Source: Catajapyx aquilonaris (lineage: Eukaryota). Taken from it: a stretch of DNA of 44,605 nt. Both the position numbers and the translations under genes were made by a program. Location: positions 62,001-106,605 of the forward strand of contig KZ538188.1 in the NCBI GenBank assembly GCA_000934665.2. Direction: 5' to 3'. Of this stretch, positions 12,015 through 23,712 are shown one piece after another. The notes below the pieces were generated by a model that was not told the DNA's origin, did not search any database, and worked only from the letters and a program-made list of their open reading frames with translations. Numbering within the stretch: position 1 is the first letter of the stretch; every line of letters starts with the position of its first letter.

Positions 12015-12190
12015 CGTTTGCATCCAAACGAAAGGGACCAGACCAGAACAGCAAGCTTCAGAGTTCGGCCATGTTGGGCCAGTCCGAATAGCAACGGCTT
12101 CTCTGGCCTCGTCCGAACATGCCGTTTCGCAGTTCACATTCCTGCCAACAGATGGCGAGGATAGTGCGGGTGTGGGCTGTCACCTGGTGA
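12015..12190 (-). promoter_or_regulatory. Uninterrupted promoter cassette of gene B: leader exon, uORF MAEL* (12072-12058), GTCCGAA direct repeat, paired CTCF-like motifs (12145-12190)
   Basis: Homology with A, C and D cassettes; donor acg|gtaagc at 12014. Confidence 0.65.
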
Positions 12191-12578
12191 CAAACATCGG
12201 GACTAGTTGGACCTCTTCGCTCAATTTGAATGTGCACATATATTCACAGAAAAGCTGTATGTCTGTCTGTTGGATTTTTGCCGTGCTAAGAGCCTCAATC
12301 TTGATGAATGACACACTGTGCATTATTTTTGAAATGGCTGTAGTGATTGATCACATTTGTAAAGTTGAAAAATAAAAAAAATCTTTATTCATCCTGGGTA
12401 TACAAGAATATGAAGAGCACTTGCTCAGCCACTGCCTCACTCCAGATTCAACTGTACATGGCGGTACAATCATGAAGTGACAACATATCCAACAATTCAA
12501 GAAACAATGTTTTATTCACCATTCTCAACCTGGCATTTGCACAAATGACTTACGAGAACCACACGTTTCTTGAATACT

Positions 12579-15500
12579 TTACCGCACCAATTCAAATTGC
12601 CGCTCATCTGATTGTCCACATTTATGACTTTTCAATTTTGCAAGAGAAGTAAAACTCTTGGAGCAAAGGTCGCACTGGCAAGAGCTCCCTTGCGCATGTG
12701 TCAACATGTGCTTATGCAAATGAGGAAGAGAAATAAAACCTTCACTGCATTCAGTGCACCTGAACGGTCTCTCTCCTGTGCGATGTCGTAACATGTGAGT
12801 GTGAAACATTCCCTTAGACAGGAGCACTGAATGACAAATGGTACATTTATATTCCTTACTCTTGTAACCATGTAACCTTTCCCTATGGAGTTGTAGAGTT
12901 GATCGGTTCCCAGTTTTATATGAACAATCTGGGCAACTGTGCTGTGAATTGTGCACACGCATGTGTGTTCGAAGAGGGGCACGTGAAATAAAACCTTTAC
13001 CACATTCAATGCACCTGAAGGGTGTCTCTCCTGTGTGATGTCTCATATGAATATCAAACTTGCTCTTAGAAAACAGCACTTCACTGCAAGTTGGACATTT
13101 ATGTTCTCCATGATGCATGGTTTTGTAACTGTGAAACTTTCGTCTGTGACGAATTAGAGCCGATGCACAAGGACATTTACATGAGCAATCAGGGCAACTG
13201 TGCTTGGACATGTCTGCCCCATGAAAACTTCTCATGTGATCCTGCAAATTATATTTATTAGCCAAGACTTTAGGGCAGTGTTTGCAAGCATGCTGCTCCC
13301 TGTCTTTGTAACGTACACCACTTCCGTGAACGTTCATGTGAATTTTCAGGTCATTCCCCAATTTGAACCCCTTTCCACATTTATCACAAATGAAAGGAGT
13401 CTCATCAGAATGCACCCTTAGCTTGTGATTCTGCAATGACGTCTTGCAACTTAAGCTCATTGAACACAGGCTGCACTTGAATGGCTTCTCACCAGTGTGA
13501 GTCCGCTCGTGTGTAGCAAGTACAGATTTGAAAAGGAAACGCTGACCACAATATTTGCAGGGGTACATTTTACCAACATTATGGGCTCTCATCCTGTGCA
13601 GACTCAAACTATTAAAAGAACAAAATTTCTCAGGACATAATTCACATGTCAGTACCTCTTTGCTGACGTGGTGTAACTTTACATGTTTAACTAAACCATG
13701 ACTGGTTGTCATAATTTTTTCACAAAATGGACAGCGGAAAGATGCCTCTGCACTGCTACTAGAAGGGAGAGAAATTTCCCCTTCACCAATAGCATTACCC
13801 ATTCCATCTCCAAATAACTGACTGAGAGCTTCATTTAAACCTTCCCCTGTATGGTCCTTCTGATGTCGTTTCAAAGCGGCATCACGTTTGAAGCACTTAT
13901 TGCACTTATCGCACTTGAAGGGCCTGTTATCAGAGTGAACCTCCATATGTCTAGCTAGCTTTGAGGCATTACAAAATGATTTGTTGCACTGATCACAAGT
14001 TGACTTTTGACAGGTCTGTGCATGAACATGAACATTGAGACCGCTCTTGTATGAAAATACTCTCCCACAGTGTTCACACTTGTAAGATCCCTTCGGGGTG
14101 TGCGATAACCTGTGAAGCTTTAAATTCCTCATATTACCGAAGGCTTTTCCACAGTCAGCACAAGCTAGTGACCGTGGCTCTTCCATCTTGACCTTCTTTC
14201 TTGGCAATGCACCATCCTGAAAAAGATAGAAACCACGTAAGGATATTGTCAGAATTTTTCACGTTTACAATCCCAGAGTTGCACGGTTGTTCCACAGAGA
14301 GAGAATGGTTTGAAAGAAATGAATACTCACAAAAATAAAAATTTCAAGCTAGCAAGTACAGGTTTTACGACATTGTTAGATTCATACAAGAGAGGGTCGC
14401 AAACTGACAACTTGCAACATGGAAGTTCCCATTTCTAAATCTGTAGAACCTTGCCACAATGCACTACAAACAAACAAACAAACCAACCAACCAAAAAAAA
14501 AAAATCCCTACACTCTACAATTTTTTGTTTCAAATTTCTAATCTGAGGTACAATAAATTCCGTAATAATAATCAAAGCAGCCTACCCATAATTTCAGAAC
14601 TAAAAAAAAAAAAAAACCAGGCCCTGTGCATACAAATGGGCAGTATATATTGAACTATGAGTAATTGTCACACAAGTTTGAAAAGTAGGTGCTCCTAGAT
14701 TATTATTATTCATCCCTAACTTGAATAATAATAGGTAACCCAACCCATGATAGGCCTGGAATCGTCCCTAATCCAATCCATACTTGGTAATTGATCCTCA
14801 CCTTTTCTAGTTCATTTCCTCCCAAATGCTCTTCCCTCTCATGCTCCTTCAATTCCTGCTGTGTCAGAAATGGCTTGGAGCATTTTGCGCAAAATATAAT
14901 TCGATCAACCACAATAGAAAAGCGCCTCAGTTCCACCTGCAATTTAAATTGCAAATTCATGCATAATATATGTCACTGCATCAAATTACATTTCAACTCA
15001 ATGTCTGACTCACCCCCTGCACAAAATAGTGTGACGAAGGAATTTCCTTTTTGATGTCATGCGTCTGGAGGCGTTGCGCCTAAAAAAAGGGAGGAAAAAA
15101 GGTGTCAATGGCTGGGATGTGACCTTACAAATGCCAAACATGAACTTAAACTACATTTCATCTCACATACATTGTATTCACAAACGTTACAAGATTGACT
15201 TTATTCTTATGAGTGATTCCTCAACTCATTCATCACCCTGCCAGGTAAAGTGGACTCATTTTTGCCACATGCAAGTGCTCCGTCATACATCACAATTGAT
15301 CCAGACTATGGACAGTCGGAGAAATCGCAAAATTCATTGTCAAAATTCATAATTATGATTGGAGTAGCGTGATACGTAGTATTTGGGGGTCACTCCAGCA
15401 GGTGATATCAAATGCGCAAATAAAATTCGACAAAATATAAACTTATAATTTTGCCATATAACTCGTAAGGAGTTGGTGCACTACCCGGATTATAAAAAAA

Positions 15501-17455
15501 TAAAAAATAAAAATTATTGAAACCGCCAATCAATATTGTTGTAGGGGAAAGAGCAAAGCCTCCAAAAGCCAGTTGCGCAAGCTCAAGTCTTTGCGACTAG
15601 TTTAACCAACTTTCAAAAGTGGATCTAATCAGCTTACTATGAAAGTGCTCCATCGTAAAGAAATAGTCGCTTCAAGCATTTAGGCTCAGAATGTGACATA
15701 CACCAGTATGTTACTACACTTCAAAAACAGATGTGCAAACGCACGCAGCACTTTGTAGGTGAAAAGAGAATGTGACCTACACTTGTTCTTATCCTTACTT
15801 TTCATTTTTCTCTGTCATCATACTAAGAATATTGAGAATATATCTGTGACCGGATGAAGTATGTGTCAACGTTTCAATTTATTTGTTAATGTTTCTTATT
15901 TTCAAATTGTTAGGTTTTTAAAGGGACACTCCACTCAAAATACAAGTTGGGTTCTAAAAATCGGGCAAAAAATCCTGATTCCGAGGGTATAAGCAGTTTT
16001 TCTTAGAGACGAACGGTAAGGCCAGTGTGAAAGCTGGAAGTGCTTCGTTCGAAAACCGCGCGCGGGGCAGGTGGCGCAGGTAGCGACACAGCCAGAGTGG
16101 AACCGGGCGGAACTAGAGAATGTGCCTGGCGCGGCCAGGGTCCCCTACATGGTTGCCTGCCCCACCCTAACTGTCTAACTGTCTAGGTGGGGGAGGCACT
16201 CATGTAGGTGACCCTGGGCGGGGCACAGCCTCTACTTCTCCAGTTTGCCGCGAGATGGTGTTGTATCGCCCTTCTTAGCAAACGACGTGTGTAGATATAT
16301 TATTTTCCGTGTTACCGTTGGGCGTAGGAAAAAACCGATTGCACGTTCGGAATCAGGATTTTTTGCCCAATTTTTGGGGGCAAACTTTTACTTTGAGTGG
16401 AGTGTCCCTTTAAATTTTCTGTAACATTATCCTCCATATGCCCACAAACGTAACATTTCTGTGGCTATTTGCTATTTTGTTCGTGCCTATTTAAGTCCCT
16501 ATTTCACGGTTTTTTCGTGCCTATTTCAAGTTTTTTTGTGCCTAAAAATCTGGACTCTAGTGATCAAACATAATCAAAAAATGTGATCAAGAACTATGCT
16601 GCAATTTTCATTCCAGCTAACTGTTGCTAATACCCAATATACTTACTTCAGGTGCTTCTTCCATGACCTTGTCCCCTGCCTCCAACTCGACACTCTGCAA
16701 TGGTGAATCCACTGGCGTCTCAAGGCCTTCCCTCTCCACATGTCCATTGCCAAGTTCAGTCACCCCATCCTGACCTCCTGCTCCTCCCTTGACGTGGCAT
16801 ATTGGCCACAGAGCTGGTCCTTCCTCCTGAAGAAGACAACAATTCGAATGATCAGGAGGGTGTCCATGGCCACCATTTCCAATGCCCCCAATCCCCCCTC
16901 CCCAAACAACCCATGCCAAGTGGGGGCCAACCTCCACTTTGATGTCCATCTCCAGTCCCCCTTCTCCATCCTCCAGACCTCCTTCCTCCTCCTTCACCTG
17001 GCCACCATCTCCTGGTCCATCCTCCTCCTCCTCCTCCTCCTCTCTCTTGTGGGTCTCAAGTGGTCCATCCCCAGGTTCAGTCACCCCATCCTGACCTCCC
17101 TCTCCTCTGACGTGGCATGGCCACAGAGCTGGTCCTTCCTCCTGAAGAACAACAATTAGAATGATCAGAAGGGTGTCCATGGCCACCATTCCATATCCCC
17201 AATCCCAAAACAACCATGTCAAGTGTGGCCAACCTCAACTTTGATTTCCATCTTCAGCCCTCCATCCTCCAGACCTTCCTCCTTCACTTGGTCATCTCCT
17301 GGTCCATCTGGCTCATCCTCCTCCTCCTCCTCCTCCTCTCTTATCCTGACCTGGTCCCATCTGCTGTGGGTGAAGCTGTGGACTAGAAGCTCCAAGTGAG
17401 TGGGGAATGTTTGGACACAGCAACGACACTTGTGCAGGGTGGATGTTGGATCCAT
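12579..17455 (-). CDS. C2H2 zinc-finger cluster gene C, ~816 aa, with one extra chimeric exon; last finger lost by a 5-nt deletion
   Basis: Exons 17455-17234, 17141-16932, 16826-16647, 15079-15014, 14936-14802, 14216-12579; phase 0, GT-AG; close paralog of B; ends QFELVR* where B reads QFECNWC. Confidence 0.85.
15922..16409. mobile_element. Kolobok/T2-like MITE
   Basis: TTAA|AGGGACACTCCACTCAAA ... TTTGAGTGGAGTGTCCCT|TTAA with longer imperfect subterminal inverted repeats. Confidence 0.8.
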
Positions 17456-17704
17456 CACTGGAAAAAAATTGCACCTGGTTAGTGAACCCCATATGAGAAA
17501 CATTCACAGAAAGCAAGGGAACAACAAGAGGCAAAGAGAGAACACTAATGTCCGGAAAATGAAAGAACGATCCGATGTCATCAATGTTTCCATGGAAATA
17601 CCTCCACAGAACAATATGAGTAAACAGTGTCAACAGAAGAAACGATGACGTCAGAGCATTCCCTCGTTTTCCGTACCTTAGTGTAGCCTAGTATGGCAGA
17701 TCCA

Positions 17705-18052
17705 GGGGAGGTGTGGTGGCCGAGATGGTAACGTCTCGGCTTGCTGAGTGAAAGGCCCCAGGTTCGATCCCCGCCTGGGGAACTTTCCTTTCACCTGCGT
17801 CAGGAGGGTCTCTGACCTGCACCAAGGAGGTGTCTGGCAACCTAACCTCCTGGGGAACAGCACATGACCCCTTTACCGACATTGCACTTGCACCAATGTT
17901 CCCTCCCCAAGAAATCCCTATATCCTTACCCCATGTCCTTTCATCCTTGCACCGGAGTTAGAAGAAAAAGATCAGAAAATTGAAGGAAAAATGGTGGTAT
18001 TCCACTCCCCATAAGGGCCCATGGCCCTATCACGGGGTATATATAAAAAAAA
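17705..18052 (+). mobile_element. tRNA-derived SINE
   Basis: A box TGGCCGAGATGG, B box GGTTCGATCCC, A-rich tail, perfect 16-bp TSD tagtatggcagatcca (17689-17704, 18053-18068). Confidence 0.85.
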
Positions 18053-19272
18053 TAGTATGGCAGATCCATACTCCTTCGTGAATCCAGTGCATGAGACATT
18101 ATACCACAGTTCCACACCACCAAGTTTTACAAACTGACCTTGTCCGATTGATACACAGGGACTTGCTAGCTAGTTATTAATGCTGGTGAGAACATGTAGA
18201 GAAATCAACCTTCTCTATGTAGTTTGTCCCTCGTGTTCTGCTTAACTCTTTGTCTCCCACTGGATCCTGCACGGTTTGGGAGGGGGTTTAAAAATAGCGC
18301 CCTAGGTGAAAACGAGGGTGAAAATCACTGGATCTGACACCATTGGTTTCGCTCTTGATTCATGCACAAGATGGGGCTGAAGCGTCCGAGACCTTCAAAC
18401 CTGAGTTGCATCTTGAGAGAGCCATATACAACCTTATATGCTATGCATGAGAAGGTGACATCACCCTACTGCAACATCTACGCGGGTTTGTAAAGGCGAC
18501 TTCCACCCCTCGAAAAACTCCAAGATAATTCTATAGGATTGCCCAGTCCCTCTGATGGATCATGCAAACATTAAGTGTCCATTAAAAATGAGGTAATGTG
18601 TATCACCAGGTGCAACAACAGGTGACTCAGGTGGCAAGCGGCCACCGCCTAGAGCTTGGAGCAGTCCATCCGGCCAATTAGGAGCAAGGACACTTTTTAT
18701 AACAGAAATGGCGGCAGCGGAGCTTGCCTACTCTTGACGGATCTTTTTTATTTTTTCCCCAGAGAAAATTTCAGAATTTTTAAAATGATTTTCAGCTCCA
18801 TGTCCACTTACCGGGAAATATGCAGCAGGGAGCCATGTCTATTTAAATTCCTGCAGTTTGTTTACAATGAATGAGACCCTTGGCCTATGACATCATGCCA
18901 TTAAAAGTATCACACCAGTGGCTTAAATACTTATGAACATAGATACTGAAAGAGTTACCTAAGTGAAAGAAATATCAATCGGGGTTATACCAGTGAATTT
19001 AAAAAAACAACAACAACTAGAAAAACCCACATTTTTCTACGGTGCAGGCCAAGAAGACCCCTCGCTTCATTCGCTTTTTCTAGGCCTGCAGCCTGGGGTG
19101 GTGGAGGCCATATTGTTAATCCCTCCAGATTTACAGCCAGTGATGACGCCCACCCCCCTATCATATGCAACCACCCCCACCCCCATCCGTACCTTCATTT
19201 TAAGGTGCATTCACATACACATGATTCTATAAAATTAGAAGCCGTTCAAAATTCGACCACAATTATTGATTA

Positions 19273-20518
19273 CTAGCAGGATACCCGGCGTTGCTCGGGT
19301 TATGAAATACTTTTCCATGTAGGTCATTGATTTGGTAGTAACCTTTGAAATAATTAAGGCTATACAATGTTGGCATACCTGTTACATGGACTCCTGGAGC
19401 ATATTGCATGACTGTGCATGAAGTCCAAACACCGAACTGCGGATGTCAGATTGTAAGAGAGAGTACACAATACGCCTTAAAAATCCAGCAAAAGTATGTC
19501 ATGAAAAATTGAAGGTTGTGCAGTAAATGTAGAATAGCATTGAAAGACTGGCACCTCTCTTAGTCATTCCCCAACCCCAAAATGGCCAATCTGGCCTGGA
19601 TGACTGTGCCAGCAGGCAGCTATGGGGTCGCTGGAGAACTCAAGGCCCACCACCACATTAAGGTTAAGGGGGCGCATTAGTAAAAATACGGTAGGTGAAT
19701 TTTTGAGGGAATTTTATATTTTTGTGGCGAAACGCACCGTTAATCGGAAAAATCACGAAGAAGGTGCCCTGGGCCCCGCAAAGGTTTGGCCTTTACTATA
19801 TGGTTCCATACTCGATATGATTGCATTAAAATTGTGGACATATGGACGCAGAAGCGTTCCCGACTTTGTCGCGTTTCCTGCCGCATGTTATTCAAATGGA
19901 CTTTTGGGGAACGCCATTTTCCTCTCACTTCAACTCGATGAAAAGGTCACTTCTAGGCCGAAAATGGTCAAATGACGACGAAAGTGCCCTGCGCCTGATC
20001 ATGTCCTATTTTTTGGTGCAATTTCTGTGTCCATTTCACCATTTTTGCGCCCGTACGGCCGCAGAAGCGTGGCCATGTTGAATCCCCATAATTATGCTGC
20101 CCATGCATAAGCGAGTTTGTTTAGGTCGTCTCCAAGGGCTTCATTGTTACCCTTTTTTTTTAGCTAATGCGCCGCTGTAGATTATGGAACAGCTTGCTGA
20201 CCGCGATGGACCGTCGTTGCCGTGGGAACGTGTTTTTTTGTTGTGTTTGTAATATAATGAAATTGGGCATTCAGTGGTTGCCTCGGTAACCCAAGACAGG
20301 TGATGTTTACAGCCAATTGCTCATTATTAGAAGAGTGTTCCAAAGTCCTTTTCGCCTCCTGTGGCCAAGGATGACCTCGGAGGTCAATTCCAATGTGCTT
20401 ATGTCATTCCCGGTAAAAAACTACCCCTGGTGATACCCCTGGGGCATATGTGGAGGCCTCCGTATGGATCTGTTTAGGTGACAGACAGACAGATATAGGT
20501 CTTGAAATATGTATTAGA
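19273..20518 (-). mobile_element. Non-autonomous Helitron of the same family as 8687-10164, carrying a nested TIR element (~19668-20175)
   Basis: Minus-strand A|TCTAATACATATTTCAAGACC start and gagcaacgccgggtatcctgCTAG|T end; nested ggcgcattag..ctaatgcgcc inverted ends. Confidence 0.85.
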
Positions 20519-20539
20519 TGCAATTGAATTTTCCATTAT

Positions 20540-20958
20540 AGCAACGTTCCAAACAAAAGGTCACCAACACACAGCAATGTTCCACACAAAGGGTCACCAA
20601 CACTCAGCAACGTTCCAAACAAAGGGTCACCAACACACAGCACTGTTCCAAACAAAGGGTCACCAACACTCAGCAACGTTCCAAACAAAGGGTTGCCAAC
20701 CCACAGCAACGTTTCCAAACAAAGGGTTACCAACACACTACAGTAACGTTCCAAACAAAGGGTTGCCAACACACTGTTCCAAACAAAGGGTCACCAACAC
20801 AGCAACGCTCCAAACAAAGGGTCGCCAACACACTGCTCCAAACAAAGGGTCGCCAACACACAGCACTGTTCCAAACAAAGGGTCACCAACACACAGCAAC
20901 GTTCCAAACAAAGGGTTGCCAACCCACAGCAACGTTTCCAAACAAAGGGTTGCCAACA
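20540..20958. repeat. Minisatellite, ~33-bp unit ACACAGCAACGTTCCAAACAAAGGGTCACCAAC, ~13 copies
   Basis: Directly visible tandem units with small variants. Confidence 0.9.
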
Positions 20959-21647
20959 TTTTTTTCCACATGTGCACGTGCATGATTAGCATTGGACATG
21001 TTCATCGTGATTATCCAAATGTCTGATTAATGTGACCATTGACACTCTGAGTAATAGAAGGAAGTGCTAATTAATTATCACGAATATTAACATACTGTGG
21101 TAACATTCGAAAGGGCATACATTTCTTCACCCGCGCATACCACAATTTTTTTTTAGATACGCAGTGACCGATGTTAACTCATCGGAAGTCAGCTGACAAC
21201 TGAGGGGCTACTTCCCCCATTGTGCACGCTTGGACCAGTGGCCAATTAATAACATAATAATAAAGTAATAATTAGAGCTGTCATGGTCATGTCGCAGTAA
21301 CAATGAAGGGAGGGGGGGGGGGGGCAATAGGAAGAGTGCGGTAACAACAATGAAGTGGCTGACCTATCAGAGGGCTTACACATAGTCCACAAGCATTTTA
21401 ATATTATAGGTATAGGTATTTTGTGTGGCCGTATGATCATACGAGCAACAGGGCTGCGGGAAACAAAGGGTTAAAGTGGGGAAGGTCTGGCCCTAGGAAA
21501 TGACCTCTGTAGCCTTACTGTTACTGCTCATTTTGATCAAAGGTCATCAACCAAGTCTTCCACCAACCCACACTGTGGCCTGCAGTTTTACAACAGACAA
21601 AATGATTCTGAGGCAGAGTGTTGACCTCCCTGCACTGTTCTCATTAC

Positions 21648-21810
21648 CTCCTCCGTAGTGGACGTGTCTTCTTCCCTATTTCCCCTGCTTCATATCCAAA
21701 AGGGGCAGGACCCGAGGCCCCCTTCTTCTTTCCCAACCAGAGGAGAAGAGGACGAGAAAATCCTCCTTCTCATTCGGCCATGTTGGGCCAGTCCGAATAG
21801 CAACGGATTC
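21648..21810 (-). promoter_or_regulatory. Promoter/leader exon of gene C with uORF MAE* (21781-21770)
   Basis: Collinear with 27060-27245 of gene D; donor gag|gtaatg at 21647. Confidence 0.65.
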
Positions 21811-21814
21811 CCTG

Positions 21815-22036
21815 CAGCGTTGCCAACCTGACCCGTAGAAACCACAAGACCACATGAGTCAAAATTACCGGATTTCGCCTAAAAAATTACCATAAAAATA
21901 CCGTTTACAGTTTTACCGTATCCATACATGCCATTACATCGTACTAAATTACTGTATTCCCCATAACAGCCCACGGACACTACCCCTTATCTTCTGGGCT
22001 CATGCCCCATAATAACCGTATAGGTTGGCAACACTG
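21815..22036. mobile_element. MITE inserted inside the gene C promoter cassette
   Basis: TIR cagcgttgccaacct / aggttggcaacactg; internal (t/a)taccg-type repeats; the flanks rejoin to give the cassette seen in B and D; no clean TSD. Confidence 0.75.
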
Positions 22037-22319
22037 CCCCGTGGCCTCGTCCGAATAGATGTAACAGAAGGAACGGACTGGAAGCGGCGACAACCGGAAC
22101 GCACCAAAGAATCATCATAATTATTTTGCAGTTTATTTCGAGCTGTAATTGACTTTATTTCTCTGCCCAATTGTTGCTGGAAATTATCGTGCAACAGAGA
22201 GAGGTCACGACATGAGGCGGAGAGGGTGATCCTTAATCTCTGTGTGACTGGCAACTCCTTCGACAGTGTACTATGGTGTCTTGTGCGACAGTTTGATTTT
22301 TTGGCTAAAAGTTGAATGA

Positions 22320-23206
22320 ATGAAGATGAGGCATGTGCAGTGCCAAGTCAACGGATGTCGGAGCAACGGGGCGTCAAAGGGAATCCGTTTCTTCCGATTC
22401 CCTGTTAAGGACAAAAGCAGGTTGGTTTTGCACAGTGCAAAAGATGCGGCAATAATGAGAGTTGTAGACTGTGGAACACTAATAATTGTACTTGCAGGTG
22501 CTTGGATTGGATTGTGGCTTGCGGGAAGGAAGCGATCCTGACGGAACTGGATGACTCCAAGCTTCAGGCGAGATACGTGTGCTCCGTGCACTTTGACACG
22601 GAAGACTTCATGGATCCTGTCTCCCGAGAGAAGCTCATGCCTGGAGCTCGCCCAAAGGCACCACTTCCCGCAAGCTCTGAAATGCTGGATGAGACCACCA
22701 CCGAAGCAGACGCATCACCCGAGGGCAACTGGCAGGAGAGCATTGCGAGTCATCACATGCATTTGGAGCCCAGCAGCACTTCTGCGGCGGTGAGAGAGGA
22801 AATGTCGGAGCAAGCGGCCAGGATTGGCAGACAAGTCATCCCACCAGACAAGAAGCAGAAGAACAGACCGTCTCCTGACGTGTCCAAGTTGCGCCAGCTG
22901 TTGAGGAAGAAGACGGACAGGATCCGATACCTGGAGAAGAGGTGCGCCATGCTGTCCAAGCCCTCCAGCAGCAAGAAGTCCCGCTTGCAAGAACTGGTGT
23001 CTCTGATGGGCCAACACCTGACCGGCGACCCACTCCTGATGTTCTGCATGCAGTTGACGCACAAGGGGGGGTCGCCGTACACCACCGACGAGAAGAGGAT
23101 GGCAAAGTCCTTTTTCCACCATGGCCCGGAGCTGTACCGCTTCCTGTTGGAGAGAGGCTTCATCTTGCCAGCGGAGAGCACGATCCGCAAGGGGGTCAAC
23201 GAGTAG
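22320..23206 (+). CDS. THAP-domain protein, 269 aa, resembling the N-terminal part of a P-element/THAP9-type transposase
   Basis: Exons 22320-22420 and 22498-23206 with a 77-nt GT-AG intron join in frame: CQVNGC..FFRFP..R/CLDWIVAC..VCSVHF..LMPGARP (C2CH THAP signature); coiled-coil-like LRQLLRKKTDRIRYLEKR; C-terminal PYTTDEKRMAKSFFHHGPELYRFLLERGFILPAESTIRK. Confidence 0.85.
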
Positions 23207-23712
23207 TATGGTGAAAAATACACAACCTAAGAAAATAACACTGACCATGAAAACAATATAACCACCGATGGTCTCGAAAGACATTTTAGTGACAATATCC
23301 AAGGGATGCTTTGATTATTCCTCAAAACAGTTCATTAAAATCCTATTTCCTGCAGTTCATAATTCTGAAGTCGTATCCTGCAAGAAGTTGTTTGGGGGGG
23401 AAAAAAAACTGTTACCTGTTGGAAATAGAACGACAGGGTCAAGAGAAGGGAACTCTGTCAGAAATTATTTTATTTACCAGAGGTTTCACATTCAGCACAT
23501 TCTAATCAATATCTCGTAGGTTGACTCTTACGTTAGCCAAAGTACATGGTAATGGCCCTGTGCTATGGAACCTTTTCCCTCCTCATATCTGGCTATCAGA
23601 GGCCATTAGACGAATTGGGAATGGTTTTCGTAAGTCCAGTACGTGCAAAAATAAAACGTGACTGTACAACATGATTTTCAGGTGTGACTGGAATAGACAT
23701 GATCACCAGTTG

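Noticed and set aside
17705..17780. tRNA genes (also ~33520-33597 and ~39963-40025)
   Set aside because: A/B boxes are followed by SINE bodies, tails and target-site duplications; no convincing full cloverleaf
20540..20958. CRISPR-like array or repeat protein (ORF 20502..21026)
   Set aside because: Units are contiguous with no unique spacers, there are no cas genes and the context is eukaryotic; ORFs in several frames arise from the 33-bp period
22715..23302. Long antisense ORFs over the THAP gene, and plus-strand ORFs over the ZNF exons (e.g. 26759..27496, 5379..5735)
   Set aside because: Shadow frames of GC-rich or repetitive coding sequence with no independent motifs
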